Source: an uncultured Nitrospiraceae bacterium
GTDB lineage: Bacteria; Nitrospirota; Thermodesulfovibrionia; Thermodesulfovibrionales; Dissulfurispiraceae
Direction of reading: 5' to 3'
Assembly (NCBI GenBank): GCA_963727805.1
Contig: CAVSHF010000003.1
Span: 2,144,001 to 2,208,000 of the forward strand
DNA length: 64,000 bases
Shown piece by piece: positions 27,411 to 37,803 of this stretch (positions are counted from its first letter, which is position 1; each line of letters starts with the position of its first letter). The notes under the pieces were generated by a model, which was given only the letters and a program-made list of their open reading frames with translations, made no database searches and was not told the DNA's origin. The position numbers and the translations under genes are program-made.

Positions 27411-28004
27411 ATGAAGAATGAACCGAAAGACGACAAACTCAGGTCCCGGATCAGGAACATATCGCTTTTCTACCATAAAAAAGGCCGGATGCCAAGCTTT
27501 TCGGAGATTGGGGAGTTTACGGGCCTGCGATCGAAGAACGCCGTCTCAAAACTCGTCGATAAGCTGGACAGTCTGAAGGTAATCGGAAAGGATGCGAAGG
27601 GCAGACTCATACCGCGCTCCATAGCATCTCCGGTAAGGATACTCGGATTTGTGGAGGCTGGATTCCCGAGCCCTGCAGAAGAAGAGCTTGCCGACACACT
27701 CTCGCTCGACGACCTCCTCATCGAGAACCCGGATGCGACCTTTCTGCTCAGGGTCTCGGGAGATTCTATGTCGGAGGCCGGGATACTTCCGGGCGATATG
27801 GTAATCGTTGACAGGGGGCAGACACCCAAGAGTGGAGATATCGTAATCGCAGAGGTCGACGGCCAGTGGACCATGAAATACCTGCGAAAAAAGGGTGAAA
27901 GCATCACCCTTATTCCTGCGAATCCTAACTATAAGCCGATCAAGCCGAAGAATGAATTGAAGATCGGAGGCGTGGTGACAGCAGTGGTAAGGAAATACCG
28001 CTGA
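27411..28004 (+). CDS. lexA: LexA-like repressor (HTH plus S24 peptidase)
   Basis: PSFSEIG..GLRSKNAV HTH, EAGFPSPA Ala-Gly cleavage site, GDSM (Ser), TMKY (Lys). Confidence 0.85.
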   Translation: MKNEPKDDKLRSRIRNISLFYHKKGRMPSFSEIGEFTGLRSKNAVSKLVDKLDSLKVIGKDAKGRLIPRSIASPVRILGFVEAGFPSPAEEELADTLSLDDLLIENPDATFLLRVSGDSMSEAGILPGDMVIVDRGQTPKSGDIVIAEVDGQWTMKYLRKKGESITLIPANPNYKPIKPKNELKIGGVVTAVVRKYR

Positions 28005-28083
28005 ATTCGAGAAGATGTGTCGGAAGCGTCCTGGGTTTCTGCATGATGAAAGCCGGGATACTTCCGACACATATACGAAATTT

Positions 28084-29400
28084 ATGAATAACACCTCCCC
28101 TATTACCATCCATTCTTGGCCCCGTGCAATCCTCCATCTGGACGCGGATGCTTTTTTTGCGTCCTGCGAGCAGGCGATCCATCCCGAGTTAAAAGGCAAG
28201 CCGGTAATCACCGGTAAGGAGCGCGGGATTGTCGCCGCCGCCAGCTATGAGGCAAAGGCGCGTGGAGTGAAGCGTGGGGTAAGGCTTTCGGATGTGACGA
28301 AGTTATGCCCTGATGCGATCATCTTACCGTCCGATTACGAAACCTACAGCCTTTTTGCACTGCGGATGTTCGGTATTATCAGACGTTTCACGCCTGATGT
28401 GGAGGAGTATTCCATCGACGAGGCCTTTGCCGATCTTACAGGTCTGCGGAGGAACTTCCACGGCCCTTACAGCCTGATCGCCCGGACAATGCAGGAGACG
28501 GTCGAGAGAGAGTTGGGCATTACCGTCTCCATCGGTGTAAGCCTCTCCAAAGTGCTTGCTAAGGTGGGATCGAAACACAATAAACCGTGCGGCATTACGA
28601 TGATGCCAGGCAGAGAAATCCACCACTATCTAGAGAATTTGCCTATCGAAAGCGTCTGGGGCATAGGTCCGAATACAGCGGCATTCATGAGAAAGTTCGG
28701 CATAAATACCGCCCTCGACTTTGCGCGCAAGAGCGAAGAGTTTGTCACAAAACGCCTTTCTAAGCCGTATCAGGAGGTCTGGCATGAACTGAACGGCAGG
28801 AGCGTCTATCCCGTCACCACCGAATCGAAAAGCAGCTACCAATCAATAAGCAAGACGAGAACCTTCACCCCTCCATCGAAAGATGAAACCTTCGTCTTTG
28901 CGCAGCTCTCCAAAAACCTCGAAAACGCCTGTATCAAAACCCGCCGCTACGGCCTCGCCGCCACAAGATTGATCGTCTTCCTGAGAAAACAGGACTTCAC
29001 CGACAGCGGGGTCGAATTGAAGCTGACATGCCCTACCGCCCATCCTTCAGCCCTCTTCATCCTCTTGCGTAAGGGATTCGACACCCTCTATCGACCCGAC
29101 ACCCTCTATCGCCAGACAGGCGTCGTGCTTGCGGGGCTCATTGCCGAGACCGCAGTCCAGTACACACTCTTCGATGACACCGCACGGATCGAGAAGATGT
29201 CGAAGGTTTACGAAGCCGTAGACATGCTCTCCGAAAAGTTCGGTAAATATACAGTCCGCCACGCAGTGAGTCTGCCGACAAAAATTCAATCTCAACATGA
29301 GGGAGAGCGCGGAGATGTCCCACAACGCAAACAGGAACTCTTCAAAGGCGAAAACAACAGGCAGAGGCTGGGGTTACCGGTGCTGGATGTCAAGGTGTAA
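28084..29400 (+). CDS. dinB: Y-family DNA polymerase IV
   Basis: LHLDADAFFASCE, AASYEAK, YSIDEAF, GIGPNT. Start moved to ATG 28084. Confidence 0.9.
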   Translation: MNNTSPITIHSWPRAILHLDADAFFASCEQAIHPELKGKPVITGKERGIVAAASYEAKARGVKRGVRLSDVTKLCPDAIILPSDYETYSLFALRMFGIIRRFTPDVEEYSIDEAFADLTGLRRNFHGPYSLIARTMQETVERELGITVSIGVSLSKVLAKVGSKHNKPCGITMMPGREIHHYLENLPIESVWGIGPNTAAFMRKFGINTALDFARKSEEFVTKRLSKPYQEVWHELNGRSVYPVTTESKSSYQSISKTRTFTPPSKDETFVFAQLSKNLENACIKTRRYGLAATRLIVFLRKQDFTDSGVELKLTCPTAHPSALFILLRKGFDTLYRPDTLYRQTGVVLAGLIAETAVQYTLFDDTARIEKMSKVYEAVDMLSEKFGKYTVRHAVSLPTKIQSQHEGERGDVPQRKQELFKGENNRQRLGLPVLDVKV

Positions 29401-29403
29401 AAA

Positions 29404-30567
29404 TTACAGAAACTCGGTCAAAGAACGCACCTTCTTCACTACCTTCGGGAGCACTTCAAGAGTGTAAGTGATATCTTCCGCAGTCACGTATCTGCCCAAG
29501 GTAAGCCGAAGCGATCCCGATATAAGATCGGACGATAATCCAATAGCAGAGAGTACATGGGATGGCCCAGTACTCTCTGCGCTGCAGGCCGATCCTGTCG
29601 AACACGCGATCCCTTCCTCGTCCATATGTCGGAGGAGCAATTCCCCCTCTGTATTCTTGAACGAGAAGTTCACATTGCCCGGGAGCCTCACCGTCGGATG
29701 TCCGTTCAATCGGGAACCCTTTACATTGTCAGCGATCCCCTTGATCAATGTATCTCTAAGCGTCGTAAGGGTTCTCATCTCCTCCTCCATCCGTTTTTCA
29801 GCCAACTCTAAGGCCTTGCCAAGGCCGACGATACCAGGGACATTGTGGGTAGAGGCCCTTCTGCCCCTTTCCTGGGAGCCGCCGTGCATGAAGGGACTAA
29901 ACCTCGTGCCGCTTCGGATATAGAGAAACCCGGCCCCCTTGGGGCCATAGAACTTGTGTGCTGATGCGCTCAAAAGATCTATATTCAAAGCGTCAGCACC
30001 AAGAGGGATGTGGCCAATGGTCTGGACCGCGTCTGTATGAAAGGTGATACCTCTTTCCCGGGCAATCTTTCCTATCTCGGCTATCGGTTGTATCGTGCCT
30101 ATCTCGTTGTTCGCATGCATGATCGATATGAGGATGGTCTTGGGTGTAATCGCTTGCAGGACGGCTTCGGGATCGACCATTCCGGCTGTATCGACTGGAA
30201 GATAAGTGACAGTGAACCCGTTCATTTCCAGGAACTCGCAGGATTCGAGAACTGAGTGATGTTCAATCGAAGACGTGATGATGTGGTCTCCCCTACTACG
30301 ATTGGCAGAGGTGACACCTTTCAGTGCAGCATTATTGCTCTCCGTGCCACCCCCGGTAAAAACAATATCACGCGGCTTCACGCCCAGTGACCGGGCGATT
30401 GCTGCGCGGGCATCTTCAATAACCGTTTTCGCCTCCCTGCCAAATGAATGGACGCTTGAAGGATTGCCGAAGACTTCACTGAAAAACGGCTGCATCGCAT
30501 TTACGATTTGAGGATCAGTAGGGGTTGTCGAGGCGTAATCAAGATAGATTTTTTTCATGGAAAGCAT
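29404..30567 (-). CDS. iscS: Cysteine desulfurase (NifS/IscS type)
   Basis: YLDYASTTP, FTGGGTESNN, HTDAVQ, SAHKFYGPKG, STGSACS. Confidence 0.9.
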   Translation of the reverse strand: MLSMKKIYLDYASTTPTDPQIVNAMQPFFSEVFGNPSSVHSFGREAKTVIEDARAAIARSLGVKPRDIVFTGGGTESNNAALKGVTSANRSRGDHIITSSIEHHSVLESCEFLEMNGFTVTYLPVDTAGMVDPEAVLQAITPKTILISIMHANNEIGTIQPIAEIGKIARERGITFHTDAVQTIGHIPLGADALNIDLLSASAHKFYGPKGAGFLYIRSGTRFSPFMHGGSQERGRRASTHNVPGIVGLGKALELAEKRMEEEMRTLTTLRDTLIKGIADNVKGSRLNGHPTVRLPGNVNFSFKNTEGELLLRHMDEEGIACSTGSACSAESTGPSHVLSAIGLSSDLISGSLRLTLGRYVTAEDITYTLEVLPKVVKKVRSLTEFL

Positions 30568-30599
30568 ACCTCGAATATTGTAAGCTATGTTAAGTTCAT

Positions 30600-31814
30600 A
30601 TGGCTACTATTTTAAGAATCATACTTTATGGCATGCTTGCGATGCTAATCGGCGTAAATCTTTATCTCTTTCTCAATAAGGATAAAGACGGGACCCCAAA
30701 AAGTATCCAGCCGGTTGTTGAAAATGCCGATTCATTGAATACTCCGGCATCACCTGCTATATCCTTTCCCCCGGCGCCCGTGCCGACGCCAGCGGCGCGG
30801 GAGATCATCAGGGCCGTCGACGACAGTTCATCTCTTGCCAGGAGCGCAAAAGAGAGCTTCGAAAAGGGAGATTATAAGACAGCCGCCAATCTCTGTAAAC
30901 AGCTTGCCGAGAAGGATAAACAAGCATTCCTCTGCGTCGGCCTCGCTTATTTCAAGATGGCAGACTATAAGAACGCGATAGCTTTTCTCGAACAATCCCT
31001 CGAAAGCGGCGGCGATGAATACACCTCCCGCAAATATCTTGCTTTCTCCTACTACTACCTCGACAACTTCGAGAAAAGCCTGTCCAATGCAGAAAAAAGC
31101 CGCGGAAGCATAAAAGACGCAGAACTCGAAGCATTTTACAACAGACTTATAAAGGAGAAGCGAGCGCAACGCAATTTCGTCAACGAAAGCACTAACCACT
31201 TCAGAGTCCAGTATGATGGGTATGAGCACGGAGGCATCAGCAGAAAGGTGATCGGATTGCTTGAAGATGCTTACTCGTCGATAGGTAGCGATCTCAACTA
31301 TTATCCTTCTGAACCAATAACGGTAATCCTATATACAACGCACGATTTTTATGATATAACCCAGATGCCGGGCTGGTCAGGCGGACTGTTTGACACTAAG
31401 GACGGCAAGATTAGGATTCCGATCAAGGGCGCAGAAGGGAAAGAAGACCTCCTTAGGACCGTCCTGTTCCATGAGTACGTGCACGCACTTATCCATTCGA
31501 TCACAAAGAGTTGCCCGCTCTGGATTCATGAAGGCCTCGCCGAATATTTTTCCAAGGGACCATCGCAAAGGGTCGGTCAGGTCATTCCACTAACCTATCT
31601 GGAGAGTTCCTTTTCTGGAATAACCGGCAGAGGGATATTGTTGGCTTATGCAGAAAGCCATTCGGCGGTTTCCTATCTCATGGACCGATATCGGTCCAAC
31701 AGGATGAAGGACATGCTTTTTGCGCTGTCAAAAGGCAACGATCTCAACAAGGCGTTCACCGATTGCTTTCAGATGAGTTATACTGAATTCATCGAAAAAT
31801 GGGGGAAGAAATAA
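30600..31814 (+). CDS. TPR-repeat plus peptidase MA-like metallopeptidase
   Basis: N-terminal TM, TPR-like repeats, HEYVH and WIHEGLAEYF. Confidence 0.8.
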   Translation: MATILRIILYGMLAMLIGVNLYLFLNKDKDGTPKSIQPVVENADSLNTPASPAISFPPAPVPTPAAREIIRAVDDSSSLARSAKESFEKGDYKTAANLCKQLAEKDKQAFLCVGLAYFKMADYKNAIAFLEQSLESGGDEYTSRKYLAFSYYYLDNFEKSLSNAEKSRGSIKDAELEAFYNRLIKEKRAQRNFVNESTNHFRVQYDGYEHGGISRKVIGLLEDAYSSIGSDLNYYPSEPITVILYTTHDFYDITQMPGWSGGLFDTKDGKIRIPIKGAEGKEDLLRTVLFHEYVHALIHSITKSCPLWIHEGLAEYFSKGPSQRVGQVIPLTYLESSFSGITGRGILLAYAESHSAVSYLMDRYRSNRMKDMLFALSKGNDLNKAFTDCFQMSYTEFIEKWGKK

Positions 31815-31824
31815 GGATCGGTCA

Positions 31825-33012
31825 ATGTTAAGAAAACCTCTTTTGCTGAAGATATTTGACGCCGCCAACATGCAGCGTTGGAACGACAAGATAAGGCCGG
31901 TTGAGCTGCGTGAACTGGACAAGCAAGCTCACAAGATGGTCATTGCCTATTTTATCGGTAAATTCCAAGAGAATGAGGAAGACTTCGACTGGATTGCAAT
32001 CATCGAAGGGGGGCTCTTCGAATTCCTGCAGCGCCTCGTCGTTACTGATCTTAAACCCCAAGTTTTTTACAAAATAAAAGAAGACCCGACGCGTTATGCG
32101 CAGCTAAATAAATGGGTTTATGAGCAGCTCGAACCTTTAATATCGCCGCTCGGTGACGACTTATGCGCGCGCTTTAGAGAATATTTTGCCGATGCCCGCG
32201 AGACGCTGAACAAGCGCATCCTTGGGGCCGCTCATTTTTATGCGACCAAGTGGGAATTCGATATCATCGAGCGGACAAACCCGAACGGCTATGAAATACC
32301 TGAAATCAAGAAAGACCTCCAGGACATACAGGAGAAGTATTATGATCTCAAGGGAATACAGCAGATAGCCCTCTATCAAAAATATAGGGACTTCATAGAC
32401 CTCTGTGGCGAGCTACGATTCCAGCTCCGTTGGAGTCATATAAACAGAGTTCCCAAGACCTCGGTCCTCGGACATATGCTCATCGTAGCAATATTTTCCT
32501 ATCTCTTCTCATGCGAAATAAACGCATGCAAGAAGAGGCGCATCAACAATTATTTTTCAGGTCTCTTCCACGATTTCCCCGAGGTCCTCACGCGCGATAT
32601 CATCTCTCCGGTGAAGCGGTCCATCGAAGGCCTGGAATTACTCTTGAAAGAGTATGAAAAAGAGCAAATGGAAAAAGAGGTCTACGGCCTCATCCCCCAA
32701 GAGTGGCATGGCGAGATGCGGATGTTCACCGAGGATGAGTTCAGCAGTATCGTGACTATCGATGGGATGAAGAAGAGGACAACATCTGAAGAGATCATCG
32801 AAAAATATAATCGCGATGAGTTCAACCCAAGGGATGGCGAACTTCTAAAAGCGGCAGATGAGCTGGCAGCCTTTCTCGAAGCCTTTATGGCCCTGAAAAA
32901 TGGCCTCGCCTCTCAGGACTTGCAGGATGCAAAGAACAGGCTCAAGGAAAGATATAAACAGAAGATGGTCGCCGGCATAAAGTTCGGCGAGCTTTATGCT
33001 GATTTCGAATAG
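31825..33012 (+). CDS. HD-domain phosphohydrolase (YfbR-like)
   Basis: MQRWND, SVLGH, FHDFPEVLTRDI, KAADELAA. Confidence 0.8.
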   Translation: MLRKPLLLKIFDAANMQRWNDKIRPVELRELDKQAHKMVIAYFIGKFQENEEDFDWIAIIEGGLFEFLQRLVVTDLKPQVFYKIKEDPTRYAQLNKWVYEQLEPLISPLGDDLCARFREYFADARETLNKRILGAAHFYATKWEFDIIERTNPNGYEIPEIKKDLQDIQEKYYDLKGIQQIALYQKYRDFIDLCGELRFQLRWSHINRVPKTSVLGHMLIVAIFSYLFSCEINACKKRRINNYFSGLFHDFPEVLTRDIISPVKRSIEGLELLLKEYEKEQMEKEVYGLIPQEWHGEMRMFTEDEFSSIVTIDGMKKRTTSEEIIEKYNRDEFNPRDGELLKAADELAAFLEAFMALKNGLASQDLQDAKNRLKERYKQKMVAGIKFGELYADFE

Positions 33013-33293
33013 CAGGATAACGCCTTTTTTAGCGGAATTGCACGTGTCAACAGAATCTCCTTTATACAATTAGCCATCCGGAGTGCTTTGTATTCTTCTA
33101 AAATATTCACCAATTAAAACGATACGTTCTTATAGATTAATTATGATTTTAAATTTGACACAATAGATTTAAAAGACTCAAAATATGATATTGTGAGCAG
33201 AATTAGGTAGAATAAGTACTCCAGAAGTTAACAGTACCTATCCGTTTTGCTGATAGCATCCGTTCCTTAATTTCTTTTTGCGGAGGTAGTGCA

Positions 33294-36200
33294 ATGAGTC
33301 AAAAAGTTGGATCGGTGGTAATAGTCGGAGGTGGCATTGCCGGAATGCAGGCTGCCCTGGACCTTGCAAATTCCGGCTATTATGTGCACATAGTTGAGAA
33401 GTCGCCCTCCATCGGCGGCGTGATGGCCCAACTGGACAAGACCTTCCCGACGAATGATTGCGCGATGTGAATAATCTCGCCCAAACTGGTCGAGGTCGGC
33501 CGGCATCAGAATATCAAGCTCCATACGCTTTCCAATATCAAGTCAGTATCCGGCAGTGAGGGCGACTTCACTGTCACAATCACTGAAAGTCCCCGCTTTG
33601 TCGATATGGAAAAGTGCATCGCCTGTGGCGATTGCGCGGCAAAGTGCCCTACGAAAGTGCCTGATGAGCACAATGAGGGACTGGGTCCCCGCAAGGCTAT
33701 CTATGTTAAGTATTCTCAGGCGGTGCCCCTTAAGTATGTCATAGACAAGGAACACTGCAGGATTCTCGGCCTGGGCAAGAAGTGCGGGATTTGCGAAAAG
33801 AAGTGCCTTAAGGGCGCCATCAATTTCGAGGACAAGGAAAAAGATGTAGAGGTCAAGGCCGGGTCGATCATTCTCGCTCCCGGCTTTAAGCCTTACGACG
33901 CGAGGGTCAGAGAGGAATTAGGCCTGGGTCGCTGGAAGAATGTGGTGTCTGGTCTGCAGTTTGAAAGGATCCTTTCACCATCTGGCCCGTTCATGGGCCA
34001 TGTGAAGCGCCCGTATGATGAAGGGCATCCAAAAAAGGTAGCCTGGATACAGTGCGTGGGGTCCAGGGACCCTCATAATGCAAACCCCTGGTGCTCTTCT
34101 GTTTGCTGCATGTATGCCACCAAGCAGGCTGTCATCGCAAAAGAGCATGATTCACATCTGGAGCCCACCATTTTCTTCATGGAGATGAGAGCATACGGTA
34201 AAGACTTCGACAAATACGTTGAGCGGGCAAAGAATCAGTTTGGTATACGCTATCAGCGGGCCATGGTTTCGGCGATCAGGGAGGAGCCCGGCACGGGTGA
34301 TCTCATTTTAAGATATGCAGCTGAAGACGGAAAACTTATCGACGAGAAGTTCGATATGGCTGTGTTGTCCGTCGGCCTTGATGTCCCGCCTGAAACATTG
34401 GTCCTTGCAGAGCAGATGGGGATCGAACTTAACCCCAACCATTTTAACAAGGCAACGACGTTCAAGCCGGTCGCCACTTCGAAGCCCGGTGTTTATGCAT
34501 GCGGAGCCTTCAGCGGCCCCAAAGACATTCCTGTCTCGGTTATGGAAGCAAGCGCGGCAGCATGCGCTGCTTCCGGCAACCTGTCTGATGTACGCAATTC
34601 ATGCACGGTAAATCCCGTCGCTCCCGAGATCCGTAACATTGCCGGTGAGCCGCCGAGGATAGGTGTCTATGTATGCAATTGCGGGATAAACATCGGGGGC
34701 GTGGTGAAAGTGCCGGAGCTGGTGGACTATGCGAAAGAGCTCCCTTTCGTCGTTTACGCGGAAGAGAGCCTCTTTACCTGCTCGCAGGACACTCAGGACA
34801 AAATCAAGGAGTCCATCCAAAAGAACGGCATCAACCGTGTCGTGGTTGCGGCGTGTACGCCGCGCACTCACGAACCCCTGTTCCAGGCGACACTGCAGGA
34901 GTCTGGCGTAAACAAATATCTTTTCGAGATGGCGAATATCAGGAACCAGAACTCCTGGGTCCATTCAAGCACTCCTGAATTAGCGACCGAGAAAGCGAAA
35001 GATCTTGTCCGCATGGCGGTTTCCAAGGCCGCACTCCTCGAACCACTGAGCCAGACAGTCCTGGGCAATACAAAGAGGGCTCTGGTGGTGGGCGGAGGCG
35101 TTGCCGGCATGAATGCCGCAAAAGAGCTTTCTAAGCAGGGCTTTGAAGCTGATCTGGTCGAAAAGTCTGATCACCTCGGCGGACATGCGGTCAATCTATT
35201 TCAGACGGCCAAGGGAGAGCAGATCTCGTCCTATATTGACGAGCTTACAAAGAGTATCACGACCGATCCGCGCATCAGAGTGCATTTGAATTCCTCGATC
35301 TCGAATGTGGACGGCTTTGTCGGCAACTTTAAAACTACACTGACCAGCAGTAACAACGGCAAGGAGTCGGTTGTAGTGGAGCACGGCGTTGCGATTATCG
35401 CGACCGGAGCTTCGGAATTCAAGCCGACTGAATACCTTTATGGGAAGAACCCGAAGGTATTGACGCAGACCGAGTTCGACAAGTTCTTCAAGGAAGATTC
35501 CCCCGCCTTAAAGAAAATGAACAATGTCGTATTCATCCAATGCGTTGGATCGAGAGAAACGGAAAGACCTTATTGCAGCAAGGTGTGCTGCACGCATTCC
35601 GTGCAAACCGCCATAGGAATCAAGAAGAGAAACCCCAGCGCTAATGTCGTCATAATCAACAGGGACATCAGGACTTACGGCGAACTCGAATACCTTTACG
35701 CGGAAGCCAGAGATCTTGGCGTTATCTTTGCGAAATACGACGAATCGAGAAAGCCCCTAGTTGAGGATAACGGCAACACGGTAAGCGTCACATTTACCGA
35801 TCATATCCTCCAGAAGGACATCAAGGTCAATGCCGATTACCTGGTACTGGCCGCGGCAATCGTTTCCAACAGGGAAGAAGAACTTGCCAAACAGTTCAAG
35901 GTTCCCCTTGATGCCGACGGTTGGTTTCTCGAGGCACACCAGAAACTCAGGCCGGTTGACTTCGCCACCGACGGGGTCTTTATGTGCGGGTTGGCTCACT
36001 ATCCGAAGGCGATGGACGAGACAATCTCACAGGCGCAGGCAGCCGTTGCGAGAGCAGTCACCGTCCTTTCAGCAGAGAATATCGTTGTGGGAGGAAGTAC
36101 TTCCCAGATCGATAAGAGGCGCTGCTCAGGATGCGGCGTATGTGTTACCCTTTGTCCGTTCCAAGCAATAGTATGCGACGATAAAGGCAAGGCTGAGGTC

Positions 36201-36326
36201 AATGTCGCGCTGTGTAAGGGTTGCGGCGTTTGCGTTACCTCATGCAGGTCCGGAGCACCTGACCTGAAGGGATTCACCAACAGTGCTATCATGGCACAGA
36301 TTGACGCACTAGAAGGAGTCTACTAG
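33294..36326 (+). CDS. hdrA: HdrA-like flavoprotein, selenoprotein (Sec59, TGA 33468-33470), about 1010 aa
   Basis: SD GGAGGT and ATG 33294. [24 protein letters not shown] is in frame with the track ORF at 33606. Hairpin follows the UGA. Confidence 0.9.
33486..33503 (+). promoter_or_regulatory. Putative bacterial SECIS hairpin of hdrA
   Basis: CTGGTCG-AGGT-CGGCCGG stem-loop 15 nt after the UGA, with a G-containing loop. Confidence 0.6.
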
Positions 36327-36391
36327 CAACCGCAGATCAACAGCGGCCTTTATGACCTCTGTTGCATTAACTAAAGGGGAAGGGTATTGCC

Positions 36392-36841
36392 ATGGCAGAA
36401 TTCGAACCGACGATCATTGCTTTTCTCTGTAACTGGTGCAGTTATGGAGCGGCTGACCTGGCTGGAGTCAGCAGGATGAAATATCCTGCCAATGTGAGAA
36501 TTGTAAGAATCCCGTGTACCGGCCGCATGAGCGCTGAATTTATTTTAGACGCCTTTCGCAGGGGCGTGGACGGGGTCTGGGTATCTGGCTGACACCCCGG
36601 CGACTGCCACTATATTAGTGGCAATCTGGTCGCGCGTCGCAAGTTTGCGACAATGAAAGGCCTTTTGGAATATGTAGGATTGGAACCGGGACGGCTGCAT
36701 TTCTCCTGGATATCTTCAGCAGAGGGCGAGAAATTTGCCCGCACGGCAACAGAAGTTATCGCAAGTGTAAAGGCATTAGGTCCGGCGAAACGATTAGTCA
36801 AGGCTGGTGTCGCTGAGGTACCTTGTGGAGAGGTGATTTAA
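36392..36841 (+). CDS. mvhD: MvhD/FlxD [2Fe-2S] subunit, selenoprotein (TGA 36590-36592), 149 aa
   Basis: FLCNWCSY..PCTGR..SG-U-HPGDCHY..WISSAEG. The two track ORFs are one frame. Hairpin TGCCACTA-TAT-TAGTGGCA at 36605-36623. Confidence 0.9.
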
Positions 36842-37794
36842 TGCAAAAACGAACTGCAAAAATAAAGGAAATAGCCAAAAAGCTTCTGGATGAAAAAAAG
36901 GTCGATTTTGTCCTGGGGCACAAGAAAGGCTCTGTTCCAATGAAGAATGCGCCGTTTTTCGCGCAGACCCCCGAGGATGTCGACCTTCTGCTATGGGACG
37001 GCAACTGCCGCAGTAATCTCGCCAATTTTCTCACTCACTTCAAGGACAAACGCATTGCTGTCGTTGCCCAGGGATGTGTGAGCAGAAATATTGTGGGGCT
37101 CTTACTCGAAAAGCAGATCAACAGGGACAACATCTATGTTATTGGAGTACCCTGCATAGGCATGCTGAGCCGCGACAAACTCAAGCAATCAGCCAAAGGC
37201 GAGATAGTTGAGGTAAAAGAAGATAACGATCAGGTGACCATAAAAGGCGTCGGGGGTGAGACCACAGCAAGCCGTAAAGACCTCATCAGAGACAATTGTA
37301 ACATCTGCACCCACAGAAACCCTGTCCTGTCCGATGAGCTTGTTGCTGAAGCAGTGAAGGAGCAGGAGGTTGCAGATCAATACGAGGAAGTTAAGAAGAT
37401 CGAATCAATGACCGCCGAGGACAAGTCAAAATTCTTTGAAGAACTCTACAGCAGCTGTATCCGTTGTTACGCATGCCGTGATGCATGCCCGCTCTGTTAC
37501 TGTCCGGAGTGTTTTGTTGACAAGTTCAATCCACAGTGGTGCGGCAAATCACAGGATAGCCAGGACGTCCTTTCCTATCACATCATCAGGGCCTTCCATG
37601 TGGCCGGCCGCTGCACCGAATGCGGTGCCTGCGAGGATGCCTGCCCGATGGGAATCAAAGTCAGAATCCTGACAAGCAAGGCTGAAAAGGACATCAGGGA
37701 AAATTATGATGCTCATGAGCCGTGGGAGAGTCTTGAATCGCAGCCGCCGCTGGTTACGTTCAAAATCGACGACCCGCAGCCGTTTATAAAGTAG
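36841..37794 (+). CDS. flxC: 4Fe-4S protein, FlxC-like
   Basis: CIRCYACRDACPLCYC and HVAGRCTECGACEDACP. Position after flxD. Confidence 0.75.
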   Translation: MQKRTAKIKEIAKKLLDEKKVDFVLGHKKGSVPMKNAPFFAQTPEDVDLLLWDGNCRSNLANFLTHFKDKRIAVVAQGCVSRNIVGLLLEKQINRDNIYVIGVPCIGMLSRDKLKQSAKGEIVEVKEDNDQVTIKGVGGETTASRKDLIRDNCNICTHRNPVLSDELVAEAVKEQEVADQYEEVKKIESMTAEDKSKFFEELYSSCIRCYACRDACPLCYCPECFVDKFNPQWCGKSQDSQDVLSYHIIRAFHVAGRCTECGACEDACPMGIKVRILTSKAEKDIRENYDAHEPWESLESQPPLVTFKIDDPQPFIK

Positions 37795-37803
37795 GTGGGC
37801 GAT

